Source: Elainellaceae cyanobacterium (GTDB taxonomy: Bacteria > Cyanobacteriota > Cyanobacteriia > CAZCXK01). Taken from it: DNA of 23,265 nt. Positions 1 through 9,068 of the stretch are shown in pieces. Positions within the stretch are counted from its first letter, which is position 1, and each line of letters starts with the position of its first letter. The stretch is from positions 67,880-91,144 of the forward strand of contig JBNPEG010000063.1 of assembly GCA_051117555.1 (NCBI GenBank). Direction: 5' to 3'. The notes beneath the pieces are model-generated. The model did no database searches. It saw nothing but the letters and a program-made list of their open reading frames with translations, and had not been told where the DNA came from. The translations under genes were made by a program, and so were the position numbers.

Positions 1-81
1 CCCGCCCCCAGCCCTGACCCGTCACCTGCCCCCAGCCCTGACCCATCACCTGCCCCCAGTCCCGATCCATCTCCCGCCCCG
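1..81 (+). repeat. 24-bp coding tandem repeat (PAPSPDPS), three full copies plus a partial copy, truncated by the window edge
   Basis: cccgcccccagccctgacccgtca / cctgcccccagccctgacccatca / cctgcccccagtcccgatccatct / cccgccccg. Confidence 0.9.
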
Positions 82-1626
82 ATTTCCAATCCTGACCCTG
101 CCCCGACTCCCAGCCCAGCCCCGACCACGTCCCAAAAAGGTGACATCTATGTTTCACAGGGCGAGTCTATTAATGCAGCCATTAGCAAGGCAAAAGCAGG
201 CGATGTCATTGTGCTAGGAGATGGACGCTATTACGAGTCAGTGAATGTCAATAAATCTGTCACCTTAAAAGCTGCAAATCCAGGTAAGGCAATTATTGAT
301 GGGGGTACGTCTCAAGACTTTGATTGGTATAAGTCAGGAAATGAGTGGCGTGCCAAGGTGCCCTGGAACCCCAACCACCTTGTGATTGGCGACATGAGTA
401 CCATGCGAATGGGCAATAACCTGAAAAATAAAGGATTCCAGGGTGGTTTCTACTACAGTGGCGGTGAAATCCGGGTGCGCCTGGGTGAATTGGCGGTTGA
501 CCCAGATACGGTACCCGTCAGCATTCAACGGAAAGATGGAGCCAATACGGGCATTACGATTGGTGCGGACAATGTCAGCGTTGAAGGACTGCAAATTCGC
601 TCCCATTCTCACCACGGAATCAAGGTGAATGGTGGCGCTGATAATTTTGTCGCTCGCAATAACTTCATTTTGGGGTCGCGCACCGGAATTGATGTTCCAT
701 CGGGGACACGCGGACACGTGATCGAAAAGAACGAGATTAGCAACTACCCGCTCTATACGCAGTCTCGTGAGAGCTACGACACAATGGTGAAGATCTACCA
801 CAACAAAAAAGATGGTGGCATCTTTGATTCTGAAACGACATCCATCCGCTTTGGTTCAAAAGATACCGTTGTCAAAAACAACTATGTCTACGAAATGATG
901 GATGGGATGCAGCCTCGAACCATGGGCGGCAGTAGCGCATCTGAGCGCACTGAGATCTCCAATAACCTAGTGATGAACTCGCGAGATGATGGTGTCGAAT
1001 TTGATAGTACTGGCCCTCAAAATATGCGATTCCACAATAATGTGGTGTTGAATGGTCTGACGCTACTAGCGCCATCACCCATCAATGAAGGTCCCGTTGA
1101 CATCGATCACAACTTACTACTGTCGACCAATGAAGGGGGTATCGAAGAAAAAGGTGTCATCTTCAAATTTGATGGTCGGTGGTCAAACGATATTCACCGT
1201 AATATGAGCATCGTTCAGAATACTGTTCGGTCAGAAGATTCAGATATGGGTCTATGGTGGACAAGTCCGAAGGGCAGTCAGAACACGATTGTGGCAAATA
1301 ACATTATTGACATCAATAATGGTCAGATCAATCGTGACTTCCCGTTCCCAGAATCAAGCAATCTTCGTAGCCGAAATGTTGGCTTCCAGAGTACAAACGG
1401 TCAGTGGGATTTACGCTTAAACAGCAATTCAAAGGCACGTGATTTTGCCAATGGGTCGCACGATAAGTTCCATTCTGCCCCGGACGGCAAGCCTGATGCC
1501 GGTGCGATCGAGTATGGCTCAAACTGGACATTTAATGACGTGGGTGTGAGCTGGGCCAGTAAGAATGCATCGTGGCGTCCTAAGTTGCCGTCTGTCATTA
1601 ATCCCAATATGGTCGGTTTGGACTAG
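1..1626 (+). CDS. 5'-truncated protein with a Pro/Ser/Asp-rich linker and a right-handed parallel beta-helix (pectin lyase-like fold) domain, probably extracellular
   Basis: Frame 1 is open from base 1 (PAPSPDPSPAPSPDPS...KGDIYVSQGESINAAISKAKAGDVIVLGDGRY) into the 211..1626 ORF, so the true start lies upstream of the window. It has a typical beta-helix N-cap (SINAAISKAKAGDVIVLGDGRY), repeated Asn-ladder strands (NVSVEGLQI, NFVARNNFI, HVIEKNEI, TVVKNNYV, TEISNNLV) and a C-terminal PDAGAIEY motif. Confidence 0.8.
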   Translation, partial: PAPSPDPSPAPSPDPSPAPSPDPSPAPISNPDPAPTPSPAPTTSQKGDIYVSQGESINAAISKAKAGDVIVLGDGRYYESVNVNKSVTLKAANPGKAIIDGGTSQDFDWYKSGNEWRAKVPWNPNHLVIGDMSTMRMGNNLKNKGFQGGFYYSGGEIRVRLGELAVDPDTVPVSIQRKDGANTGITIGADNVSVEGLQIRSHSHHGIKVNGGADNFVARNNFILGSRTGIDVPSGTRGHVIEKNEISNYPLYTQSRESYDTMVKIYHNKKDGGIFDSETTSIRFGSKDTVVKNNYVYEMMDGMQPRTMGGSSASERTEISNNLVMNSRDDGVEFDSTGPQNMRFHNNVVLNGLTLLAPSPINEGPVDIDHNLLLSTNEGGIEEKGVIFKFDGRWSNDIHRNMSIVQNTVRSEDSDMGLWWTSPKGSQNTIVANNIIDINNGQINRDFPFPESSNLRSRNVGFQSTNGQWDLRLNSNSKARDFANGSHDKFHSAPDGKPDAGAIEYGSNWTFNDVGVSWASKNASWRPKLPSVINPNMVGLD

Positions 1627-1813
1627 TTTGAATTGGCTGTGACTGAGAATTGTCGCGACAATACATAGTCTCAGTTGCTATCAAGCTTCAGGGTGACATT
1701 TCCAACTCGTGTGCATGCCTATGTTCAGCCTATCTACGACATCCGCAAGAGCTTTGAATTCAATTCTTGCGAGTATAGGTAGGTAACTAGAGCAGTACTG
1801 AGCAGTATGGCGG

Positions 1814-1850
1814 GCGATCGCTCCTTTTACCTGTAGGGAGCGATCGCTTT
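1814..1850 (+). terminator. Hairpin built from two HIP1 sites, possible intrinsic terminator
   Basis: gcgatcgctcc (1814-1824) pairs with ggagcgatcgc (1837-1847), followed by only TTT. Confidence 0.4.
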
Positions 1851-1933
1851 CATATGCAATGGGACGGCAATACCCACCAAAAGGGAGTGAACACCGATCT
1901 CAGGGATTGGTATAGGATTTTTAGAATGAGGAT

Positions 1934-1997
1934 GAGTCAGGAGTTTTGAGTCATGAGTGTCTAGGTTTGAATAAGTCCAACTCAAAACTCAGCACTC
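1934..1997. repeat. Imperfect inverted repeat of short heptamer-like units upstream of clpB
   Basis: gagtcaggagttttgagt (1934-1951) versus actcaaaactcagcactc (1980-1997). The 11-bp core gagttttgagt/actcaaaactc is perfect. Confidence 0.6.
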
Positions 1998-2025
1998 GAC
2001 TGGAAACTCTATTCCTGTATTGCCT

Positions 2026-4647
2026 ATGCAACCCACTAATCCAAATCAATTTACTGAAAAAGCTTGGGAGGCGATCGCTCGCACTCCTGATATTGCTAAG
2101 CACGCTCAGCAGCAGCAGATTGAAACCGAGCACCTGATGCGATCGCTGCTTGAGCAAGAAGGTTTAGCCGCTAGCGTATTTAACAAAGCGGGCGTCAATG
2201 TGCAAAAACTGCGCGACTATACAGAGCAGTTTATCAACAGCCGCCCCAAAGTATCCGGAGGCACCTCTGTATATCTGGGGCGATCGCTCGATGCGTTACT
2301 CGACCGAGCTGACGAGTCGCGCAAACGCTATGGAGATGATTATATTTCCATCGAACACCTCCTTCTGGGGTACGCTAAAGACGATCGATTTGGTAAAGCT
2401 CTCTTCCAAGAATTTAAACTAAGTGAAAAGACGCTGAGAGAAACCATCGAACAGATCCGAGGGAATCAAAAGGTGACTGACCAAAATCCTGAAGGGAAAT
2501 ATCAAGCCCTAGAAAAGTATGGGCGCGATTTGACGCAGTTTGCTCGTGAAGGCAAGCTCGACCCCGTCATCGGGCGAGACGATGAAATTCGTCGCACGAT
2601 TCAGATTCTATCTCGCCGGACTAAAAACAACCCGGTGCTCATCGGGGAGCCGGGTGTTGGTAAGACGGCGATCGCTGAGGGGTTAGCCCAACGTATCGTC
2701 AGCGGTGACGTGCCCGAATCTTTGCGCGATCGCAAGCTGATTGCTCTGGATATGGGTGCGCTAATTGCGGGTGCCAAATATCGCGGTGAATTTGAAGAAC
2801 GATTGAAAGCCGTTCTCAAGGAAGTGACTGACTCCGAGGGTCAAATCATCATGTTTATTGATGAGATTCACACCGTCGTAGGTGCCGGTGCGACCCAAGG
2901 CGCAATGGATGCGGGCAACCTGCTGAAGCCAATGCTGGCGCGAGGCGAGCTACGATGCATCGGGGCGACAACGCTTGATGAATATCGCAAATATATCGAG
3001 AAGGACGCAGCGCTAGAACGGCGATTCCAGCAGGTTTATATCGATCAGCCCAGCGTAGAAGATACGGTTTCGATTTTGCGGGGTCTGAAGGATCGCTATG
3101 AAACTCACCACAACGTCAAGATTGCCGACAGCGCTTTAGTGGCTGCTGCCTCGCTCTCGACGCGATATATCAGCGATCGCTTCTTGCCTGACAAGGCCAT
3201 TGACCTCGTTGATGAGTCGGCTGCCAAGCTGAAAATGGAAAGCACCTCTAAGCCTGAAGAACTAGACGAGGTCGACCGCAAGATTCTTCAACTCGAAATG
3301 GAACGACTGTCGTTGCAGAAAGAGGTTGATCCGGCATCGCTCGAACGGCGTGAACGGCTTGAGAAAGAACTCGCCGATCTCAAGGAAGAACAGTCTGCAC
3401 TCAATGCACAATGGCAGGCAGAGAAGGAAGTCCTCGATCAGCGCAGCAAGCTCAAACAGGAAATCGACCATATTGTAAATGTCGAAATTCCTGAAGCGGA
3501 GCGAAACTATGATCTCAATCGGGCGGCTGAACTTCGGTATGGCAAACTAACTGATCTCCAGCGTCAGTTAGAAGAGACTGAATCCAATCTGTCAGAGGTC
3601 CAAAAGAGCGGGCGATCGCTCCTCAGAGAAGAAGTGACTGAAGCAGACATTGCCGAAATCATTTCGAAGTGGACGGGCATCCCGGTCAGCAAGCTCGTCG
3701 AGTCTGAGATGCAAAAGCTGCTATATCTCGAAGATGAACTGCATCAGCGAGTGGTCGGTCAAGATGAAGCCGTGACTGCCGTGGCTGACTCGATTCAGCG
3801 ATCGCGGGCAGGGTTGGCAGATCCTAATCGTCCGACTGCGAGCTTTATCTTCCTCGGACCCACTGGCGTCGGCAAGACCGAATTGGGCAAAGCCCTTGCA
3901 GCGTACCTGTTTGACACCGAAGAAGCGATGGTGCGCATTGACATGTCCGAATACATGGAGAAACACTCTGTCTCACGCTTAGTGGGTGCGCCTCCCGGAT
4001 ATGTGGGCTATGACGAAGGTGGGCAGCTTACTGAAGCCATTCGTCGCCGTCCCTATTCAGTTGTGCTCTTTGATGAGATCGAGAAAGCCCATCCTGATGT
4101 GTTCAACATCATGCTGCAAATCTTAGATGACGGACGAGTCACCGATTCGCAAGGGCACACGGTTGACTTCAAGAACTCCATCATCATTATGACCAGCAAC
4201 ATCGGGTCGCAATATATTCTCGACCTGGCAGGCGATGACGCTCGATATGATGAGATGCAGAGCCGAGTCATGGATGCGATGCGCAATAGCTTCCGTCCAG
4301 AGTTCCTCAATCGCATCGACGAAATCATCATCTTCCACAGTCTCAAGAAGGAGCAATTGCGAGAAATCGTTAAGTTGCAAGTTCAGCAATTGTCGAAGCG
4401 CCTCGATGACAAGAAAATGTCGCTGCGTCTCACCGATTCTGCGCTTGACTTCTTAGCTGAGGTGGGCTATGACCCAGTCTATGGTGCTCGTCCGCTGAAG
4501 CGAGCCATTCAGCGTGAGCTTGAAACCCAAATTGCCAAATCAATTCTGCGGGGCGAGTTTCACGACGGCGACACCATCTATGTCGATGTAGAAAATGAGC
4601 GGTTGTCGTTTAAGCGGCTTCCGGCTGAATTGGTGACAGCGCAATAA
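2026..4647 (+). CDS. clpB: ATP-dependent chaperone ClpB
   Basis: N-terminus [17 protein letters not shown] is typical of cyanobacterial ClpB. Two AAA+ modules (GEPGVGKT with [14 protein letters not shown] with LFDEIEKAH), a coiled-coil middle domain, the GYVGYDEGG loop and [10 protein letters not shown] at 2026 is preferred over TTG at 2020. Confidence 0.97.
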   Translation: MQPTNPNQFTEKAWEAIARTPDIAKHAQQQQIETEHLMRSLLEQEGLAASVFNKAGVNVQKLRDYTEQFINSRPKVSGGTSVYLGRSLDALLDRADESRKRYGDDYISIEHLLLGYAKDDRFGKALFQEFKLSEKTLRETIEQIRGNQKVTDQNPEGKYQALEKYGRDLTQFAREGKLDPVIGRDDEIRRTIQILSRRTKNNPVLIGEPGVGKTAIAEGLAQRIVSGDVPESLRDRKLIALDMGALIAGAKYRGEFEERLKAVLKEVTDSEGQIIMFIDEIHTVVGAGATQGAMDAGNLLKPMLARGELRCIGATTLDEYRKYIEKDAALERRFQQVYIDQPSVEDTVSILRGLKDRYETHHNVKIADSALVAAASLSTRYISDRFLPDKAIDLVDESAAKLKMESTSKPEELDEVDRKILQLEMERLSLQKEVDPASLERRERLEKELADLKEEQSALNAQWQAEKEVLDQRSKLKQEIDHIVNVEIPEAERNYDLNRAAELRYGKLTDLQRQLEETESNLSEVQKSGRSLLREEVTEADIAEIISKWTGIPVSKLVESEMQKLLYLEDELHQRVVGQDEAVTAVADSIQRSRAGLADPNRPTASFIFLGPTGVGKTELGKALAAYLFDTEEAMVRIDMSEYMEKHSVSRLVGAPPGYVGYDEGGQLTEAIRRRPYSVVLFDEIEKAHPDVFNIMLQILDDGRVTDSQGHTVDFKNSIIIMTSNIGSQYILDLAGDDARYDEMQSRVMDAMRNSFRPEFLNRIDEIIIFHSLKKEQLREIVKLQVQQLSKRLDDKKMSLRLTDSALDFLAEVGYDPVYGARPLKRAIQRELETQIAKSILRGEFHDGDTIYVDVENERLSFKRLPAELVTAQ

Positions 4648-4692
4648 CAATGTGTGGCAGGACAGCACGTAGATCCGTAACCGTCCATTAAA

Positions 4693-4785
4693 TATAGCCC
4701 CACGGCCTCAGGTTTGTGTGGTGAGCCCCCGCGGCGCGGGGCTCCCACACGTTCTAACGTCCTAACGCGAAAGCGTACGGTTATA
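4693..4785 (+). mobile_element. ~93-bp miniature inverted-repeat element with a central GC-rich hairpin (copy 1 of a family also found at 8835-9068)
   Basis: Termini tatagccccacg / cgtacggttata are imperfect inverted repeats. Internal hairpin gtgtgg-t-gagcccc...ggggctc-ccacac (4716-4750). Colinear with the reverse complement of 8835-8876 joined to 9018-9068. Confidence 0.7.
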
Positions 4786-4962
4786 CCATCTTGAATCAAG
4801 CGATCGCAGCAGGTGTTTCACCACAAGAATCTACAATACTAGTGATGATCTAGTTGCGAATGCTGACGAGCGATCGCACTATGGGGTAACTCATAACACG
4901 TGAAGTAACCCATCTCATTGTCTTCAAAACGCCTCTTGGCATCAAACGGAGCACCCTCAACC

Positions 4963-5319
4963 ATGGCGATCCAAATCTACGGCATCCCCAACTGCGGGAC
5001 ATGCAAAAAAGCATTGGCTTGGTTAGACAGCAACGGAGTTGATTACGAATTTATCAACACCAAAGAACATCCCCCCACTCGCGACACGATTCAAGCCTGG
5101 GTAGAGGCTTTAGGGTCCAAACCCATGCGAAATACATCGGGGCAATCCTATCGAGCATTGGGCGAAGACAAGAAAGAATGGCCAGATGAGCAATGGGTTG
5201 ACGCCTTTGCAAACGACGTGATGCTGCTCAAGCGCCCACTGTTCGTAAAAGACGGCACAGCGGTCTTAGTTGGGTTTCGCGCAAAAGACCAGGAGATTCG
5301 AGAGAAATTGGGTATGTGA
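4963..5319 (+). CDS. ArsC/Spx/MgsR (YffB-like) family thioredoxin-fold protein
   Basis: MAIQIYGIPNCGTCKKA with a CxxC motif, plus NTSGQSYR and LLKRPLF motifs. ATG at 4963 is chosen over the upstream TTG. Confidence 0.88.
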   Translation: MAIQIYGIPNCGTCKKALAWLDSNGVDYEFINTKEHPPTRDTIQAWVEALGSKPMRNTSGQSYRALGEDKKEWPDEQWVDAFANDVMLLKRPLFVKDGTAVLVGFRAKDQEIREKLGM

Positions 5320-5386
5320 CGATAAAATGCAGCAATCTCGTCTGCGATAAAGTGTGAGAGTGCGTGTTACAAGACGAGAGGGGCAT

Positions 5387-5761
5387 ATGGCTGAAGCCAG
5401 TAACGTATTAGGAACGACACTCGAACTCTGTTGTTCATCTCCCATGACGGGGTTCTATCGAGATGGTATGTGCAACACCGGAGCCGGTGACTTTGGTGCT
5501 CATGTGGTGTGCGCTCAAATGACTGACGAGTTTTTAGAATTTACGAAATCAAAAGGCAACGATTTAAGCACCCCGATGCCTGCATTTAATTTTCCGGGAT
5601 TAAAACCGGGCGATCGCTGGTGTTTGTGTGCGTCTCGCTGGAAGGAAGCCCTTGACGCAGGAGTCGCGCCCCCCGTGATGCTTGAAGCTACTCATGCATC
5701 AGCGTTGGAATATGTGTCAATGGCTGAGTTAAAAGACTACGCCCTCGACCTCCCGAGCTAG
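5387..5761 (+). CDS. DUF2237 family protein
   Basis: NVLGTTLELCC-SPMTGFYRDGMC, HVVCA, GNDLSTP, FPGLKPGDRWCLCASRW and LEATH. A GAGAGGGG RBS-like sequence precedes the ATG at 5387. Confidence 0.9.
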   Translation: MAEASNVLGTTLELCCSSPMTGFYRDGMCNTGAGDFGAHVVCAQMTDEFLEFTKSKGNDLSTPMPAFNFPGLKPGDRWCLCASRWKEALDAGVAPPVMLEATHASALEYVSMAELKDYALDLPS

Positions 5762-5802
5762 TTGAGTTAGTTGGGGTGACTAACCCAAAAGCCGTAGGAT
5801 GT

Positions 5803-5818
5803 TGTATAGCCTGATACA
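5803..5818 (+). promoter_or_regulatory. Candidate NtcA binding site
   Basis: TGTA-tagcctga-TACA matches GTA-N8-TAC with T/A flanks and ends about 63 bp upstream of the Rieske oxygenase ATG. There is no perfect TAN3T -10 box at the canonical 22-nt spacing. Confidence 0.5.
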
Positions 5819-5880
5819 TTATCAATTCGTTAGACAGTGTATCTCAGTGGCAGATTCTCTATTTGCACTGGGCTAGGCTT

Positions 5881-6918
5881 ATGCTGGTTACTCGTCAACC
5901 CATCCTGAAACGGTTTTGGTATCCTGTCATTCCAACAGCAATGCTGGCTGAAAAGCCAGGAGGGTTTGAGCTATTAGGTCAAAAGATTGTGATTTGGCTA
6001 GATGACAACGGCATGCCAGCCGCTGCCGCCGATCGGTGTTGTCATCGGTCAGCTCAACTGTCGAAAGGTAGCCTCAGGAATGGCACCATCGTTTGCCCGT
6101 ATCATGGGTGGACATTTGACAGCACGGGGAAATGCCTCAAGGTGCCTCAGCTCAACGAGCAAGACCCAATTCCCAAAACCTATCAAATCAGGGCGTATCA
6201 GTGTCAAGAGCGCTACGGCTACGTGTGGGTGTGTTTGGGCGACCCGATTCAGCCCATTCCTGACATACCGGAAGCGAATGATCCTGATTTTCGACTGATT
6301 CCTGAATTTTATGAACCGTGGCGCTGTGCTGGGCTACGAGTGATGGAAAACGAGTTTGACCTTGCCCATCCCACATTTGTACACACAACAACGTTTGGCA
6401 GTACAGAGCATCCGATTCCCGACGAGATGGATCTGATAGAAACTGACTACGGAATTCGCGTCAGCGCCAAGCTAGGCGTTGTCAATCCTAAACTCCAGCA
6501 AAAGAATCTCAAGATGGATGCAGGACAAACCTTCAGAACGCTTGATATGGACTGGTTTATGCCGTTTACGTGCAAACTGCGAATTAACTATCCCAACGGG
6601 CTAGTTCATATCATTGTGAATACGACGACTCCCATCAATGATTCGTCGTCTCAAATCGTCCAATTTTGCTTGCGAAATGACACCGAAGCCGAAACAAAAG
6701 CGGTTGATGCGATCGCCTTTGATCGAGCCGTCACCCTTGAAGACAAAGCGATTTTAGAAACGACCGACTATGACGTGCCGCTCGAATCTCGATTTGAACA
6801 GCACATGATGACAGATAAGCCGGGGCTGATGATGCGCCGAAAGTTTGCAGCACTGCTCAAAGACTATGGTGAAACTGAACAAACGTTGAAGACGAGTGTG
6901 TCTTCGTCATCCAACTAG
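5881..6918 (+). CDS. Rieske non-heme iron oxygenase alpha subunit (VanA/demethylase-like)
   Basis: Rieske ligands CCHR...CPYHGW, mononuclear iron motif ENEFDLAHPTFVH and the distal EDKAILE. ATG at 5881. Confidence 0.9.
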   Translation: MLVTRQPILKRFWYPVIPTAMLAEKPGGFELLGQKIVIWLDDNGMPAAAADRCCHRSAQLSKGSLRNGTIVCPYHGWTFDSTGKCLKVPQLNEQDPIPKTYQIRAYQCQERYGYVWVCLGDPIQPIPDIPEANDPDFRLIPEFYEPWRCAGLRVMENEFDLAHPTFVHTTTFGSTEHPIPDEMDLIETDYGIRVSAKLGVVNPKLQQKNLKMDAGQTFRTLDMDWFMPFTCKLRINYPNGLVHIIVNTTTPINDSSSQIVQFCLRNDTEAETKAVDAIAFDRAVTLEDKAILETTDYDVPLESRFEQHMMTDKPGLMMRRKFAALLKDYGETEQTLKTSVSSSSN

Positions 6919-8795
6919 GGCGACTTTTTCCTCAGCGACTTTGCCATCTTATAAGCAGCCTTCAAGAAATGCAGCAGTTGGACGCTGATGCGATTGGGGA
7001 GGAGGTTTTGCCGTTCAAGGTCTAGCAGCTTAAATTTTACGATCAGCGCCATCAAATACGGAGACGTTTTCGGAATCGACGGCACATCGTCTTGATTTGA
7101 AAACACCACAAAGACTGAGTTGGCATATACCGGACGAAGCGACTGCATCACCCATGCCAGAGAAGGTGGATCGACTTCATCCAGTAATCCCTTATGCACC
7201 ACGACCCATTTCAGCCCGGTTTTATTCGCAAACGGCATTAAGTGACTGCGATAGTGATTGGGAAAGCGTTTGATAAATTCGGTCGGAGCAACCACCTTAT
7301 CGTAGGGCTGAAGGGAGTGCTCGATAAAGCGGGCGACTTCAACCCAGTTGGGGTCATCACCGGGGAACTGATAGTGAGCATATTCTTCAGTAGCGGGTTG
7401 AGCATGAACCGGAAAGATCTGTACTCGGTGGAATGCAAGCCCAACCTTGCGTGCATCATCTTGGGACGGATCGAGCCGAACGGTACGATTCACGGTGAAC
7501 CGAAATCGAGTCAGCGCACTGCGTTCTAGAATTGGTTTAGGAATCACGCCTTGCAACACGGCTAGCGTACCTCGCTTGAGAATGGGTTCTAGCTCAATCG
7601 AATCCCCATTGACCTCTAGCACTAGGCTATCCAAGATGTCGGGAGCAGCCGCATTGATGATGCGAAGCCGAATCATCAAATCATCCTGACTAGACAGCGG
7701 AAAGTCTAGCGTCGAAACAGGGGACGGGCCGCTCCAGCGAAAGGGAGTTCCGCCGGTATCTAAGCCATCCTGCAAATGCCATCCAGAGCCGGCTCCTTCC
7801 CTGAGATGCCATCCTATCCCTGAAATGGCACGATTGAATGCAAAATCGACGGACTGACGAGGCGTGGGGTTGGATTGAATCCAACGCTGCTCGTAATGCT
7901 TTTCAAGCAACGGAATCAGCACGCCTAGATCGAGGGGCTCTGCCTGAGTGGATAGGATTTTGAGATCGGCATGAATGGGGCTATCGAACGTTGTTTGCAA
8001 ATCGTCGAGCATGGCATACATATGCTCTTGAAAGATGGCCTGAGCATGGTCATAAAGCTGAGAATCGAGCTGATTGAGCGTTAAGACTGCATCAATGATC
8101 TCTGGTGAAAGGTCATTCCGGCGCAGCTTTTTAGGGGCTTTATTTAACTCGCGTGACTGCACAAGGGGATACCACCCAAAGATGTAAGACAGCAGCAGCA
8201 GCGAATCTTGAAATCGCTCGGCTAGGCCGATAAACGCAAACTGATCGAGACGGTCTTTGGCAATCCGAAGCAGCTCATCGTCACTGAGATCGGGTGCAGT
8301 TCCTAAGATGCCTCTGGCGGGAAATCGATCGCGCTGCTTGATCTCCTCAAGACCGAGATCAAAGGCAATACTGCGAGTTTGTAAATTTGTGATCGCTAAC
8401 CGTGTTTCGGGATGAACGATAAAATCTTTGAAGCTCATGTTGTGAGCCGTCACGATTTTATTGAGGCGATCGCGCGGTTCTCTGCGGATATGCTCGTAGT
8501 GGGAGACTGCTCTCTCGATTGGATCTCTCAATACGGTGATATGAACCGGCGGTTTGCCAATAAATTTATGAATCGAATAGCCAAAATGACCTCGAAGAAA
8601 CCGATACTGCTGGAAGCGGTCGGGAGAGTTTTTAGCAATTTTTAGAAGCTGTCGCCAGAATCGAGCCGGACAGATAGCATCTGGGTCAAATTTTTCATCA
8701 AGCGTAAAATACAGCGTTGTTCCCGCAGTTTTTTGAATATGCAGGAAATAGAGCTGATCATCCTCATGCAACTGATATTGAATGTGCGTGCTCAT
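6915..8795 (-). CDS. Multidomain sulfotransferase (Sulfotransfer_2-like N-terminal domain), paralog A
   Basis: 5'-phosphosulfate-binding loop YFLHIQKTAGTT, RGHFGY, 3'-phosphate-binding motif VLRDPIERAVSHY and LNQLDSQLY, followed by about 350 aa of extra domains. Confidence 0.85.
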   Translation of the reverse strand: MSTHIQYQLHEDDQLYFLHIQKTAGTTLYFTLDEKFDPDAICPARFWRQLLKIAKNSPDRFQQYRFLRGHFGYSIHKFIGKPPVHITVLRDPIERAVSHYEHIRREPRDRLNKIVTAHNMSFKDFIVHPETRLAITNLQTRSIAFDLGLEEIKQRDRFPARGILGTAPDLSDDELLRIAKDRLDQFAFIGLAERFQDSLLLLSYIFGWYPLVQSRELNKAPKKLRRNDLSPEIIDAVLTLNQLDSQLYDHAQAIFQEHMYAMLDDLQTTFDSPIHADLKILSTQAEPLDLGVLIPLLEKHYEQRWIQSNPTPRQSVDFAFNRAISGIGWHLREGAGSGWHLQDGLDTGGTPFRWSGPSPVSTLDFPLSSQDDLMIRLRIINAAAPDILDSLVLEVNGDSIELEPILKRGTLAVLQGVIPKPILERSALTRFRFTVNRTVRLDPSQDDARKVGLAFHRVQIFPVHAQPATEEYAHYQFPGDDPNWVEVARFIEHSLQPYDKVVAPTEFIKRFPNHYRSHLMPFANKTGLKWVVVHKGLLDEVDPPSLAWVMQSLRPVYANSVFVVFSNQDDVPSIPKTSPYLMALIVKFKLLDLERQNLLPNRISVQLLHFLKAAYKMAKSLRKKSP

Positions 8796-8834
8796 AGATT
8801 ACTTAATTGATGGCCATTTATATAAATCATTTAT

Positions 8835-9068
8835 GCCTTACGCGCTCGCGTTAGGTCGCTGAACGTGTGTAGATCTCCTGATTGACTGATAAATCTGCTC
8901 TTGTAGGCTGGGTTGAACAAAGTGAAACCCAACGCCAGTCTAGGTTTCGTTGGTTTACGCTGTTGCTACCAACCTACGCGAGAATCATAGTTTTAAGAGT
9001 TTCGTCAGTCAATCAGGTAGATCCCGCGCGGCACGCGGGATCTACACACAAATCTGAGCCCGTAGGGC
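8835..9068 (-). mobile_element. Hairpin-containing miniature element (copy 2), interrupted by a nested MITE and overlapping the 3' end of sulfotransferase B
   Basis: Termini gccttacg / cgtagggc are flanked by TAT on both sides. Removing 8877-9017 and one duplicated target copy restores the hairpin gtgtgtagatcccgcg-cggca-cgcgggatctacacac and homology to 4693-4785. Confidence 0.7.
8877..9017. mobile_element. 141-bp MITE with 13-bp perfect terminal inverted repeats and an internal GTAG-type REP pair
   Basis: TIRs cctgattgactga (8877-8889) and tcagtcaatcagg (9005-9017). Flanks tagatct / tagatcc form a 6-of-7 direct repeat. Internal gtaggctgggttgaac...aacccaac ... gttgg...ccaacctac (8903-8977). 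Confidence 0.8.

Noticed and set aside
1..130. Repeat array at the window start as a possible CRISPR array
   Set aside because: The units are contiguous 24-bp in-frame coding repeats that vary at third codon positions, with no unique spacers and no cas genes.
1989..2015. CIRCE (HrcA) operator upstream of clpB
   Set aside because: Only a left-half-like TCAGCACTC is present; the GAGTGCTAA half is missing at the 9-nt spacing.
334..4456. Numerous short alternative-frame and antisense ORFs within the beta-helix gene and clpB
   Set aside because: They overlap strongly supported genes and have no independent coding signal.
4886..4899. GTA-N8-CAC upstream of the ArsC/Spx-like gene as an NtcA site
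   Set aside because: The right half-site is mismatched and nothing in the context supports it; such a match is expected by chance.
4963..5319. Arsenic resistance operon
   Set aside because: The protein is of the Spx/MgsR/YffB-like type, and no arsR, arsB or acr3 gene is adjacent.
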